NCBI GenBank assembly: GCA_036310005.1
Contig: JAXJSP010000039.1
Coordinates: 2,378 to 66,377 of the forward strand
Direction of reading: 5' to 3'
DNA: 64,000 nt
From: Acutalibacteraceae bacterium
GTDB taxonomy: Bacteria > Bacillota > Clostridia > Oscillospirales > Acutalibacteraceae
The translations under genes and the position numbers were made by a program. Below are positions 10,456-20,223 of this stretch, one piece after another. Below the pieces are notes generated by a model, which did no database searches, was not told the origin of the DNA, and saw only the letters and a program-made list of their open reading frames with translations. How positions within the stretch are numbered: the first letter of the stretch is position 1; each line of letters opens with the position of its first letter.

Positions 10456-11334
10456 ATGCACGAACAGATTAAGGCAGTACAAAGAATGCAGGAATTTATA
10501 GAAGAGCATCTGTGTGAAGAAATTTCTTTTACAGATGTAGCGAAAGTATCTTTGTTTTCTCCGTGGCACGCACGAAGGTTATTTTTAGAATATACGGGAG
10601 TAACGCCGGCTGAATACATCCGTAAATTAAGACTAAAACAATCTGCATTAAAATTGCGTGACGAGAATATAAAGGTACTTGATGTAGCATTAGATTACGG
10701 TTTTAACAGCGTTGACGGATATCAAAGAGCATTTTTTAAAGAATTCGGTTGCAACCCGAGAGAGTATTCTGCAAACCCCGTTCCCTTGCATTTGTTCACG
10801 CCCTATGGAGTAAAATTCAAATATTTAGAAAGGAAAGAAACTAAAATGAGTACAAAAAATGTATTTATTCAAGTAATTGACAAGCCGAAAAGAAAGGTAA
10901 TAATTAAACGAGGTAAAACTACTACTGACTATTGGACTTACTGCGAGGAAGTGGGATGTGATGTTTGGGGAGTTTTAGTCAGTATGAAATCTCTTTGCGG
11001 TGAGCCGGTTTGTTTATGGTTACCGAAAAAATATATAAAACCCGCAACGAGCGAATATGTACAGGGTGTTGAAGTTTCAGAAGATTACAACGGGCCGATT
11101 CCGGAAGGCTTTGATATAATCGAACTTCCCGCTTCAAAATATCTTATGTTTCAAGGAGAACCGTTTAATGAAGAAGATTATCAACAGGCTATAAGTGAAA
11201 TTTGGGAGGCAGAGAAAAAATACGATCCGTCAGTTATCGGTTATCAATGGGACAAAGAAAACCCGAAAATTCAACTTGAACCGATAGGTGCACGTGGATA
11301 TATAGAACTGTTACCTATATGCACAAAAATATAA
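10456..11334 (+). CDS. AraC-family regulator with GyrI-like effector-binding C-terminal domain
   Basis: ORF 10399..11334. Start moved to ATG 10456 (MHEQIKAVQ) after ggtggtga. N-terminal HTH (FSPWHARRLFLEYTGVTPAEY, GFNSVDGYQRAFFKEFGCNPREY). Confidence 0.8.
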   Translation: MHEQIKAVQRMQEFIEEHLCEEISFTDVAKVSLFSPWHARRLFLEYTGVTPAEYIRKLRLKQSALKLRDENIKVLDVALDYGFNSVDGYQRAFFKEFGCNPREYSANPVPLHLFTPYGVKFKYLERKETKMSTKNVFIQVIDKPKRKVIIKRGKTTTDYWTYCEEVGCDVWGVLVSMKSLCGEPVCLWLPKKYIKPATSEYVQGVEVSEDYNGPIPEGFDIIELPASKYLMFQGEPFNEEDYQQAISEIWEAEKKYDPSVIGYQWDKENPKIQLEPIGARGYIELLPICTKI

Positions 11335-11375
11335 AACATCCCCCAAAAGTGACATACTTTTGGGGGATGTTTTTA
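11333..11375. terminator. Bidirectional hairpin terminator
   Basis: aacatcccccaaaag / cttttgggggatgtt arms flanked by A- and T-runs, between convergent genes. Confidence 0.75.
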
Positions 11376-11393
11376 GTATTCGTATTTTTAAAC

Positions 11394-12812
11394 TTATTTA
11401 GATAAATATTCATCAATTGATTTTGCGGCGGTTTTTCCGGCGCCCATAGCAAGAATTACTGTTGCGGCTCCTGTTACTGCATCTCCGCCGGCATATACAC
11501 CCTCTTTAGATGTCGCGCCTGTTTGTTCCTCAACAATAATACCGCCTCTGTTATTTACATCAAGTCCTTTAGTTGTATTGATTATTAAAGGATTGGGGCT
11601 TGTACCTATAGATATAATAACAGTATCAACATCCAAAACAAATTCGCTGCCTTCAATCTCAACAGGTCTTCTTCTACCGCTTTCATCAGGCTCGCCGAGT
11701 TCCATAGCAACACATTTTAAACCTGTTACAGTTCCGTTTTTAACATCTTTCTTATCTTCGAGATTGTTATAACCTAATATTTCAACAGGGTTATTTAAGA
11801 GTTTAAACTCTGCTCCTTCTTCTATTGCATGCTCAACTTCCTCTTTTCTTGCAGGAAGTTCTTCAAGAGAACGACGGTAAACAATATATACCTTTTCTGC
11901 TCCTAATCTCAGTGCTGTTCTTGCAGCATCCATAGCAACATTACCGCCACCGACCACTGCAACATTCTTAGATTTCATTATAGGTGTATCAGAATCGTTC
12001 ATATAAGCCTTCATTAAATTACTGCGAGTTAAATACTCATTTGCAGAATATACGCCTTTAAGTGATTCTCCGGGTATTCCCATAAACCTCGGCAAACCGG
12101 CACCTGAACCGATAAATACTGCTTCAAAACCGTCTTCAAACAACTCATCAATTGTTATAGTTTTACCTATAACTACATTTGTTTCGATTTTAACCCCGAT
12201 ATTTTTTAAAGCATCAACTTCTTTTTTTACAATTGCCTTTGGCAATCTGAACTCAGGTATACCGTATACTAATACACCGCCGGCTAAATGCAACGCTTCG
12301 AAAATTGTGACATCATAACCTTTTTTTGCTAAATCTCCCGCACAGGTTAATCCGCTCGGGCCTGAGCCTACGACTGCAACTTTATGTCCGTTCGGTTCGG
12401 GAATTGTTACATTCTCAAAACTGTGTTCATTGTGCCAATCTGCAACAAATCTTTCAAGTCTTCCGATGCCGACAGGTTCGCCTTTAATTCCTCGTACGCA
12501 TTTTTTTTCGCATTGATTTTCCTGAGGACATACCCTACTGCATACAGCGGGCAAAGATGATGATTTTGAAATAATTTGATATGCTGCCTCAAAATCGCCT
12601 TTTTTAACCTCATTAATAAATTCGGGAATATGAATGTTTACGGGGCATCCGGAAACACAAGGCATATTTTTACAGTTCAGGCATCTCATAGCCTCATCCA
12701 TAGCAACATCTTCGGGATAACCTGTTGCAACTTCTAAAAAGTTCTTATTTCTGACATCAGCGGGCTGACACGGCATAGGATTTTTCTTTAAACTCATATT
12801 TGGTGACATCAT
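11394..12812 (-). CDS. nfnB: NADPH-dependent glutamate-synthase-small-subunit-like oxidoreductase (NfnB-type)
   Basis: 472 aa. N-terminal Cys clusters (CLNCKNMPCVSGCP, CPQENQCEKKC) and two GxGxxG dinucleotide folds (VVGSGPSG, VVGGGNVA). Start overlaps the stop of the upstream NfnA-like gene. Confidence 0.75.
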   Translation of the reverse strand: MMSPNMSLKKNPMPCQPADVRNKNFLEVATGYPEDVAMDEAMRCLNCKNMPCVSGCPVNIHIPEFINEVKKGDFEAAYQIISKSSSLPAVCSRVCPQENQCEKKCVRGIKGEPVGIGRLERFVADWHNEHSFENVTIPEPNGHKVAVVGSGPSGLTCAGDLAKKGYDVTIFEALHLAGGVLVYGIPEFRLPKAIVKKEVDALKNIGVKIETNVVIGKTITIDELFEDGFEAVFIGSGAGLPRFMGIPGESLKGVYSANEYLTRSNLMKAYMNDSDTPIMKSKNVAVVGGGNVAMDAARTALRLGAEKVYIVYRRSLEELPARKEEVEHAIEEGAEFKLLNNPVEILGYNNLEDKKDVKNGTVTGLKCVAMELGEPDESGRRRPVEIEGSEFVLDVDTVIISIGTSPNPLIINTTKGLDVNNRGGIIVEEQTGATSKEGVYAGGDAVTGAATVILAMGAGKTAAKSIDEYLSK

Positions 12813-13660
12813 TAATTCTCCTTAAACAAATTGCAAGTTTTTTCATAAGCATGTCTTTCAAACTCGCTGTACATTGAACTTCTTTGCATAGCCTCATCAA
12901 AATCTACTTCAAAACCGTCAAAATCAGGCCCGTCAACACAAGCAAATTTCGTGACTTTTTTACCGTTTTGGTTTAAAGTTAACCGACATCCTCCACACAT
13001 ACCAGTACCGTCTATCATAATCGGATTCATAGAAACAGTAGTTTTAATATCGTATGGCTTTGTAGTAGCCACTACAAATTTCATCATAACAAGCGGACCG
13101 ATAGTAATAACCTCATCATATTTTTCTCCGCTTTCAATTAATTCTTTTAACGGTTGCGTTACAACGCCTTTTGCTCCGTAAGAGCCATCATCGGTCATTA
13201 CAAACAATTTATCGGACGCGTTTTTGAATTCATCTTCTAAAATAATCAAATCTTTATTTCTAAAACCGATAATTGAATGTACCTGACATCCCGAAGATTT
13301 AAGTTTTTGAGCAATCGGTAATGCTATTGCACAACCGACTCCTCCGCCTACAATACAAACTTTTTTAAGACCTTGTGTTATTGTAGCAAGTCCTAAAGGA
13401 CCAGCAAAATCTTCAATATACTCATTTTCATTTTTATTATTTAATTTTTTAGTAGTTGCTCCGACTACCTGAAAAACGATTGTAATTGTACCCTTTTGTC
13501 TGTCATAGCCGGCAATTGTTAGCGGTATTCTTTCACCGTTTTCATCTACTCTTAATATAATAAATTGGCCGGGTTCGGCTTTTTTAGCAACCATAGGTGC
13601 ATATATTTCCATTAACGTTACAGTAGGATTTAAAATCTGTTTTTTTAAAATCTTATACAA
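12812..13660 (-). CDS. nfnA: Ferredoxin-NADP reductase-like FAD/NAD-binding subunit (NfnA-type)
   Basis: 282 aa. RPLTIA-like FAD motif (ERIPLTIAG), GGGVGCA NAD motif and a C-terminal CGGC...C cluster. Paired with the GltD-like gene. Confidence 0.75.
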   Translation of the reverse strand: MYKILKKQILNPTVTLMEIYAPMVAKKAEPGQFIILRVDENGERIPLTIAGYDRQKGTITIVFQVVGATTKKLNNKNENEYIEDFAGPLGLATITQGLKKVCIVGGGVGCAIALPIAQKLKSSGCQVHSIIGFRNKDLIILEDEFKNASDKLFVMTDDGSYGAKGVVTQPLKELIESGEKYDEVITIGPLVMMKFVVATTKPYDIKTTVSMNPIMIDGTGMCGGCRLTLNQNGKKVTKFACVDGPDFDGFEVDFDEAMQRSSMYSEFERHAYEKTCNLFKEN

Positions 13661-13727
13661 AATGTATAACCTCCGCTTTTTAGACTTAAACTTATATAAT
13701 TATACCGCAAATATTAATATATGTAAA

Positions 13728-14507
13728 CTATAAATTATTATTTTTATGCTGTTTTCCGGTATTATCAATATAGTAATCGTCTTTTAAAATCAGTTCGTCC
13801 AATGAAACGAATGTATAACCTTGTTCTTTCAAATCATTTAAAATAATGTTTAAAGCAGTCGGAGTGTTTTCAATTCCGTTATGAAATAATAAAATTGAAC
13901 CTGACTGCAGATTTTTTAATGTATTATTTACAATTTCATCAACAGTTATATTCTTTTTCCAATCAATTGAGTCACAGTCCCATTGTACATATTCCATTCC
14001 TATACTTCTTATTGCATTAACACATGAATTATTATACTCACCGTATGGACCTCTGTAATATACAGGCTGCTTATTTGTGATTTTGTATATTTTTTCGTTA
14101 CAAAGTTTCACATCTTGCAAAAATTCTTGTTCATTTAAAACATCAAGATGTTTATGAGAATTTGAATGATTTGCTATGATATGACCGTTATCGCTTAATT
14201 TTTTTGCTTGCTCTTCGTTTTTATCTAACCAACTTCCTACACAAAAAAACGCGGCTTTTGCATCGTATTTATTCAAAATATCTATTAATTCATCAGTATC
14301 TTCCGCACCCCAAGCAGCATCGAATGTTATAGCGATTTGTTTTTTATCATTTTCAACAGAATAAATCGGCAAAACTTTTTGTTGTGCCGATACGTTCACT
14401 TGTGTTGATTTTTTTACAAAAAATGCAACTATAATAAGTGCAACCATTAAAACAATAATAAAATTAAACAATGTTTTTCTCGTCAATTTCACAGTAATAA
14501 ATTTCAT
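13728..14507 (-). CDS. Polysaccharide deacetylase (NodB homology, PdaA/PdaB-like), membrane anchored
   Basis: ORF 13728..14537. Start moved to ATG 14505-14507, 5 nt after GGAGG. One TM helix, then TFDAAWG...HSNSH NodB motifs. Confidence 0.8.
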   Translation of the reverse strand: MKFITVKLTRKTLFNFIIVLMVALIIVAFFVKKSTQVNVSAQQKVLPIYSVENDKKQIAITFDAAWGAEDTDELIDILNKYDAKAAFFCVGSWLDKNEEQAKKLSDNGHIIANHSNSHKHLDVLNEQEFLQDVKLCNEKIYKITNKQPVYYRGPYGEYNNSCVNAIRSIGMEYVQWDCDSIDWKKNITVDEIVNNTLKNLQSGSILLFHNGIENTPTALNIILNDLKEQGYTFVSLDELILKDDYYIDNTGKQHKNNNL

Positions 14508-14563
14508 AATGCCTCCGAAAAATATTTTATATTTCATTTATTAAAGATTTGTGGTAAAATAAA

Positions 14564-14740
14564 TTAAACTAATTGGGCATTTGTTGTTTCCGGTTGTACA
14601 TTATGTTTGTTTAGTTTGGTTTTAATAGTTTTTGTTAATATAATTCCGCTGACTGTTAAAATAATAATAGTCAGAATAATAATTAAAGTATTTGTTATAC
14701 TTTTCTTACTCAATATCTTAAACACATCAATACACCTCAT
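14564..14740 (-). CDS. Small single-TM protein (53-58 aa), below the ORF-track cut-off
   Basis: Reverse frame reads (MRCID)VFKILSKKSITNTLIIILTIIILTVSGIILTKTIKTKLNKHNVQPETTNAQLV. A GTG at 14723-14725 lies 7 nt after aggtg; an in-frame ATG at 14738-14740 has no SD. Confidence 0.35.
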   Translation of the reverse strand: MRCIDVFKILSKKSITNTLIIILTIIILTVSGIILTKTIKTKLNKHNVQPETTNAQLV

Positions 14741-14784
14741 AAATTTATATGAGATAATTTTAAAATATAGTATAGGAGTATATT

Positions 14785-15501
14785 ATGCCGATTTATAAAA
14801 TTGCAGGATTTAATGTAAAAATTGAACCTATCTATGAACGCACTAAAGATAATCTTGAAAAATATAAAACTGACGAGAAAAATTTTTGTGCCGATTTAAG
14901 CATAAATGCCGAATATTATATTAACTCCACGCATAAAAAGTATCCTTTGCTTGATTTACCCGCTTGTGAATATATGGTAACAGGCGCTATGTTTTTTGAC
15001 GAACTGTTAAATCATAACGGAATTGTTTTTCATTCATCTGCTGTTGTCTATAATAACAAAGCATATTTATTTACTGCTCCGAGCGGTACCGGTAAATCTA
15101 CACATACATCTTTATGGATCAAATATTTAGGCAACGAAAAAGCAAAAATTCTTAATGACGATAAACCGGCTCTTGTATTTGAAAACGGTAAAGTTTACGC
15201 ATACGGTACTCCTTTTTCGGGCAAGACTGATTTAAACATTAATGAAAAATATGAATTAGGCGGTATATGTTACTTATCACAAGGTGATAAAAATGAAATC
15301 AAAAAACTGACTGTCAAGGAATACTTGCCTAAAATTATTGAACAAACTCACAAAAGAAACAATGAACAATTTATGGATAAATTATTTGATAGAATAGATG
15401 AAATTGCGCGATATGTTGATTTTTATACAATGAGTTGTGATATCAGCAAAGAGGCATTCATTACTTCATTTAATACGCTGACCGGTGAAAAGTATGAGTA
15501 G
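14785..15501 (+). CDS. HPr-kinase-C-terminal-like P-loop protein (HprK-related kinase)
   Basis: 238 aa. FHSSAVVYNNKAYLFTAPSGTGKSTHTSLW resembles the HprK/P C-domain P-loop. SD aggag. Confidence 0.6.
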   Translation: MPIYKIAGFNVKIEPIYERTKDNLEKYKTDEKNFCADLSINAEYYINSTHKKYPLLDLPACEYMVTGAMFFDELLNHNGIVFHSSAVVYNNKAYLFTAPSGTGKSTHTSLWIKYLGNEKAKILNDDKPALVFENGKVYAYGTPFSGKTDLNINEKYELGGICYLSQGDKNEIKKLTVKEYLPKIIEQTHKRNNEQFMDKLFDRIDEIARYVDFYTMSCDISKEAFITSFNTLTGEKYE

Positions 15502-15913
15502 AAAAATTGAGTTAGATAAAATTGTTGATGTAATAATCGAACAACTTGAAAACGACGGTTACTTTACTTTTTCACCGACAGGCAACAGTATGGAGCCTTT
15601 TATTTCCAGCCAAGATTCAGTTACTCTTTGCAAAGCGGACAACTTAAAAAAATACGATATTGTTCTTTGCAAAAATGATAATAACAAATATATATTACAT
15701 AGAATTATTAAAATCAACAAACAAAACGATTTTTATATCAGAGGCGATAATCAACTTTTAATCGAGCATATTACATCAAATAATTTAATTATCGGAAAAA
15801 TTTCCTCTTATGCTCACAAAAACAAAACTATAACCAAATTCGATACTTTTAATGTTAGACTTTGGAATTTGTTTACTTTTTTAAGAAAAGCAAATTTAAA
15901 ACAAGACTATTAA
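15494..15913 (+). CDS. S24/S26-family (LexA/signal-peptidase-like) serine peptidase
   Basis: SPTGNSMEPF nucleophile motif and YILHRII...RGDN. ATG 15494 overlaps the upstream stop (tATGAGTAG); an alternative GTG lies at 15485. Confidence 0.65.
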   Translation: MSRKIELDKIVDVIIEQLENDGYFTFSPTGNSMEPFISSQDSVTLCKADNLKKYDIVLCKNDNNKYILHRIIKINKQNDFYIRGDNQLLIEHITSNNLIIGKISSYAHKNKTITKFDTFNVRLWNLFTFLRKANLKQDY

Positions 15914-15953
15914 AAACAAATGAGTTCTGTATAATACAGAACTCGTTTGTTTT
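15912..15953. terminator. Bidirectional hairpin terminator
   Basis: aaacaaatgagttctgt / acagaactcgtttgttt arms between convergent genes. Confidence 0.75.
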
Positions 15954-16791
15954 ATAATGCACTATTTATAATTTCTCTATATACTTGCATATTATCATTT
16001 GTCGGTACTGAAAATTTTTCAAACTCGATATTTAATGCGTCGTATTTATGCTCTCCCATTGAGTGATAAGGCAGCAATTCAATCTTTTTCGAATTTATCT
16101 GTTTTAGAAATTTTGAAATTTTAATCATTTCTGCTTGATTGTCATTATATCCGCCTATTACCGGAATTCGAATAATAATTTCACCATTAAAGCAGTCAGA
16201 TAATTTTTTAATATTTTCAAGTATCAGTTTATTAGATACGCCTGTACCTTTAATATGCAACTGTTCTGAAAAACACTTTATATCATATAAAAACAAATCG
16301 GTATAAGGCATAATTTTTTCAAAATTTTGCCACGCTATATTCCCTGCTGTGTCAACTGCGGTATGTATTTCGTTTTCCTTGCATTTTTTAAGTATTTCAA
16401 GGAGAAAATCAATTTGCAGCATACACTCTCCGCCTGAAAATGTTACTCCGCCTCCTGAATTCTCATAGAATGATTTGTCCTTTATTATTTCTGCAAAAAC
16501 TTCCTCAACTGAATATTCTTTGCCACAAATTTTTCTTGCATCTTGCGGACAGTATAATTCACACTTGCCGCAAAAATCGCATTTTTCTAAATGATTAGGG
16601 CAAACTTGATAACATTTACCGCAGGCGGTACACTTATTTTTATAAAACAACATCTCTTTTTTGAAAGATTGGCTCTCGGGGTTGTGACACCAAACACATT
16701 TTAAATTACACCCTTTAAAAAATACTGTTGTCCTGATTCCCGGTCCGTCTACAAAAGAGTTTCTTTCAATATCAAAAATTGTCGCTTTCAT
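15952..16791 (-). CDS. Glycyl-radical enzyme activating protein (radical SAM)
   Basis: DGPGIRTTVFFKGCNLKCVWCHNPE (CxxxCxxC) plus a ferredoxin-like insert CTACGKCYQVCP...CDFCGKCELYCP. Last gene of the GRE operon. Confidence 0.9.
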   Translation of the reverse strand: MKATIFDIERNSFVDGPGIRTTVFFKGCNLKCVWCHNPESQSFKKEMLFYKNKCTACGKCYQVCPNHLEKCDFCGKCELYCPQDARKICGKEYSVEEVFAEIIKDKSFYENSGGGVTFSGGECMLQIDFLLEILKKCKENEIHTAVDTAGNIAWQNFEKIMPYTDLFLYDIKCFSEQLHIKGTGVSNKLILENIKKLSDCFNGEIIIRIPVIGGYNDNQAEMIKISKFLKQINSKKIELLPYHSMGEHKYDALNIEFEKFSVPTNDNMQVYREIINSAL

Positions 16792-16819
16792 TTTATCACC
16801 AAAAAAATAATTGCTTTTA

Positions 16820-17716
16820 CTATTTGCAACTTAACATATCAATCGGGTTTTGCCTGATGATTTTATCAAAAACATCTTCAGGTAATCTTGGGCGAATATA
16901 GTCAAAGACATAAGAAAAACGAACATTATCTTTAATTTTCGGCCTTGCCTCAAAACCGTTAAAAAATGATTCATCGTGTGACAAAATTATTTTATCAGCA
17001 TAGCCCTCATCACATAGGCTTAAAACAGTATTAACTTTTTTATTGATATACTCTTCTGTTTTAACATCATACATTCTGTCTAAACCTATATAGCAACCGC
17101 TTTTTGCGATTTTTAATATATAGTTTAAATCTTCTGTATCACTTAAATGACCTATTGTAATTTTCTCAGGTTTTACTCCGTTTTCCAACAAAAACTCAAG
17201 TGCTGACAGCCCATTTTGATTGTTTGCATTTGTGTGCACTACTATCGGTAAATTCAGTTCTTTATATACTACTGCAGTCGCTTGGAGAATTTTTTTATTA
17301 AAATCACTTGTGTTTTTACTTTCAACAGCAGTTTTTATTATGCCGGCGTTTATATTTTTTGCATCATTTATTATATGCTCTGCTAAAGTTTGAACAGAAC
17401 TTGTGAATAAAACCGGCTCATCAGTATAGTAAAAACCTGTCGAACATACAATATTTACACCACTTTTTTCTGACACTCTTTTAAGCAGTTCTATGTTTCT
17501 GCCGATATTAATCGGTGTGCAGTCTACGAACAAATTCAGTCCGTATTTTTCCTTAAGCAACCTTAATTCTGCAACTGCTTTTTCTTCAAGTTTGTCAAAG
17601 TCCAGATAATCTTTGCCAGACATCATATAAAGATAATCACTATAGCAGCAAATATGCTCATGGCATAATGCTGTATGAATCTCATTTGCGGATATATTAC
17701 CTAAAACTGTTTTCAT
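16820..17716 (-). CDS. Phosphotriesterase-related (PHP/PTE-like) amidohydrolase-superfamily protein
   Basis: 298 aa. The N-terminal HxH (LCHEHICC), VVHTN and ILSHDE segments fit the PTE-like binuclear metal hydrolase pattern. Confidence 0.7.
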   Translation of the reverse strand: MKTVLGNISANEIHTALCHEHICCYSDYLYMMSGKDYLDFDKLEEKAVAELRLLKEKYGLNLFVDCTPINIGRNIELLKRVSEKSGVNIVCSTGFYYTDEPVLFTSSVQTLAEHIINDAKNINAGIIKTAVESKNTSDFNKKILQATAVVYKELNLPIVVHTNANNQNGLSALEFLLENGVKPEKITIGHLSDTEDLNYILKIAKSGCYIGLDRMYDVKTEEYINKKVNTVLSLCDEGYADKIILSHDESFFNGFEARPKIKDNVRFSYVFDYIRPRLPEDVFDKIIRQNPIDMLSCK

Positions 17717-17745
17717 TTTATTCTTACCCTTAAATCAATAAGTTA

Positions 17746-18864
17746 TTATACAGGCATATTCTGGAGTTCTTTAATTTTTTTGCTCCAATATTCTATATCG
17801 TCTGTTTTTTCGTATGCATATATTTTTGCAATAGATTTTAATTGACTGTTATGCGCTTCACATGACACAAGATTGTAGTCTCCAAAGCCACCGCCTATTC
17901 GGGGATACCACTGGTGTAACCATGACCACCCGCTAAAATATAACTCCAACTCTTTTTGATTTTGAATTATCTTTGATAACTCATCAATGTAGCTCATCAT
18001 TTTAATCTTATCGTCACCGTCAAAAACCGTAATTTTAGTTTTCTCAGTATTAAACTTATAAGGTATTATCTCAAGAGAAACCTTATCAGTAATATTAAGT
18101 ATACTTATATATCCGTAAAACCAGGAATCTCTGCTTTTCCTTTTAATATCACTTTGAAAAATAAAATTTCCCATACTGTAAACAATAGGTTTTCCGTTAT
18201 ATATTTCATAACCTTGCGGACAATGAGTGTGTGTCGCTATCAACGCGTCCGCACCCATATCGCAGATGAATCTGTACCTGTCTACAGTGTCAGGAGATGG
18301 CAGCGGGTTATGTTCATTCCCGCCGTGAAATACAACGACAACCTTATGCCCGAATGCTTTTTCCTTTCTTATTCTATTAAGGAGAAATCTGGGGTTATAG
18401 CCCGCCGACCCGTATTCAGCTTCTCCGGCTATGCCAAATTCGTTTTCACACACAGAGATAACTGAAACAGAAATGCCGTCTTTTTCTATTCTAAGCGGCT
18501 CATAAGCATACTCAATATTTTTGCCCGCTCCGGAATGAAGTATATTGTTTTCATCAAGCAAATCAAGTGTATCTTTTACTGCGTTTTCGCCAAAATCACC
18601 GATGTGATTATTTGCAAGAGTTACCGCATCAATATTTGCGGTATTTAAAAATACTATATTTTCAGGAGAACATATAAGATTCGGTCCTGCTTTTTGAATA
18701 GGTTTATGCTTTTTTATATCCGCAAGAGGACATTCCAAATTAACAATTCTGAAATCAGAATTGTTAAAATAAGGTAAAATATCAGATAAAATATCTTCCG
18801 AAGTCTCCTTCGTGAAATTCTCAAATAATCTGAAATTGACATCTCCCGTAAATAAAATTTTCAT
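17746..18864 (-). CDS. CapA/PGA_cap-family metallophosphatase-like protein
   Basis: MKILFTGDVNF, LANNHIGDFG, VVFHGGNEH and ATHTHCPQG are typical of the CapA family. Confidence 0.75.
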   Translation of the reverse strand: MKILFTGDVNFRLFENFTKETSEDILSDILPYFNNSDFRIVNLECPLADIKKHKPIQKAGPNLICSPENIVFLNTANIDAVTLANNHIGDFGENAVKDTLDLLDENNILHSGAGKNIEYAYEPLRIEKDGISVSVISVCENEFGIAGEAEYGSAGYNPRFLLNRIRKEKAFGHKVVVVFHGGNEHNPLPSPDTVDRYRFICDMGADALIATHTHCPQGYEIYNGKPIVYSMGNFIFQSDIKRKSRDSWFYGYISILNITDKVSLEIIPYKFNTEKTKITVFDGDDKIKMMSYIDELSKIIQNQKELELYFSGWSWLHQWYPRIGGGFGDYNLVSCEAHNSQLKSIAKIYAYEKTDDIEYWSKKIKELQNMPV

Positions 18865-18867
18865 ATG

Positions 18868-20211
18868 TTATGCCTCCTCAGCCCTGTCACATGCAAGTAA
18901 CATATTTACCGTTATTTCTAACGCTTCCAGCATGCCGTCAATGCTTATACATTCATCGGGCTGATGCGCTCCGCCGTGTCCTACGGGTAAATCAAAATCA
19001 GGTTTTTGCCAGATTTGTGTACCTACTTCAACCGCACACGGTAAATGGGCTGCGTATGTAGCACCGGCATTAACATAAGTCGGTGATTTTTTAGTACCCG
19101 TATAGTCTTCATACGCTTTAAGGCATGCTTTAAGATAAAGATTATCAGTATCTGTTATCCACGCAGCTAATTCATCAACAAATTCAACTGTCCAGCCATT
19201 TTCTTTGAAATATTTAACAATTCTTTCTTTTGCGACTTTAATGTCGGTACTCTTACCATAACGCATATCAAAAGAAAGGTTGATTTTCCCGTCATTCATT
19301 CCGATAATACCGTTTGCACAGGTGAGTTTTCCAAAAATGTGGTCTGTGTTTTCTATACCGAAAACTTCGCCATAATAGTTTTCAAGAGTTTTTGCAATAA
19401 AAAGCATTTCCTCTTTGTCAGAGTCACACAAAAATTCATTTTCTGACAGTTCTTTAGAAAGTAAAAAAGCAGCATTTTGTGAGCCCTCAGGTAATGCACA
19501 ATGGCTTGAAATACCTTTTTCGGTAAAAATTATATCTCCGATTTTGGCAGTAGCCTCGCCTAAAACAATGTTAAACGATTTTCCTCCGCTAAAATCTGAT
19601 ATATTCTGCATTTTTTTACCGGAAGATGCAACAAATCTTAAAATACCTTTATCACCGCGATACAATGGAAACTCAGTGTCAGCAACGATTGAAAAATCAG
19701 GTGCTTTATGCTTTGTTGTGTATGCTGAAATATCATTCATTCCGCTTTCTTCATTAGAGCCTGTAAACATAACAAGCCTTGAGTTAAAAGGAATATTCTG
19801 TTCTTTAAGTATTTTAGCACAATACAATGAAATTACAACTGCAGATTTATTGTCCGATACTCCCCTACCAATCAAAAAGCCGTCTTTGATAAGAGGCTCA
19901 AACGGTTTAGTATAAATCCAGTCATCACTAACAGGCACAACATCTGCATGAGCAAACAGGCCAATACTCTTTTTGCCCTTTCCATAATATGAAAGCAAAA
20001 AGCCGCTGTCAGCATCAAGATAAGTATTATAATCGTTTTGCTCATAAAGAGTTTTTATGTGTTCTAATACATTCGCACACTCTTTACCGAAAGGCGCACC
20101 TGTTTCAGCTTTACCTCTAACAGAGGGTATTTTGACAATCTCTTTAAGTGTATTTATGATTTCTTCTTTATGTAAGTTAATATATTCGTGTATTTTTTTT
20201 TGATATTTCAT
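18868..20211 (-). CDS. M20-family dipeptidase (PepV/Sapep-like)
   Basis: 447 aa. FAHADVVP, RGVSDNK and SNEESG metal-ligand motifs. Confidence 0.8.
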   Translation of the reverse strand: MKYQKKIHEYINLHKEEIINTLKEIVKIPSVRGKAETGAPFGKECANVLEHIKTLYEQNDYNTYLDADSGFLLSYYGKGKKSIGLFAHADVVPVSDDWIYTKPFEPLIKDGFLIGRGVSDNKSAVVISLYCAKILKEQNIPFNSRLVMFTGSNEESGMNDISAYTTKHKAPDFSIVADTEFPLYRGDKGILRFVASSGKKMQNISDFSGGKSFNIVLGEATAKIGDIIFTEKGISSHCALPEGSQNAAFLLSKELSENEFLCDSDKEEMLFIAKTLENYYGEVFGIENTDHIFGKLTCANGIIGMNDGKINLSFDMRYGKSTDIKVAKERIVKYFKENGWTVEFVDELAAWITDTDNLYLKACLKAYEDYTGTKKSPTYVNAGATYAAHLPCAVEVGTQIWQKPDFDLPVGHGGAHQPDECISIDGMLEALEITVNMLLACDRAEEA

Positions 20212-20223
20212 AATAAGTTACCT

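Noticed and set aside
14607-14798. 63-aa plus-strand ORF upstream of the HprK-like gene, considered as a possible precursor peptide.
   Set aside because: It has no SD and a TTG start, and it runs into the HprK-like start codon. It is antisense to a better-supported SD-preceded small ORF. Its composition is what an AT-rich spacer would give.
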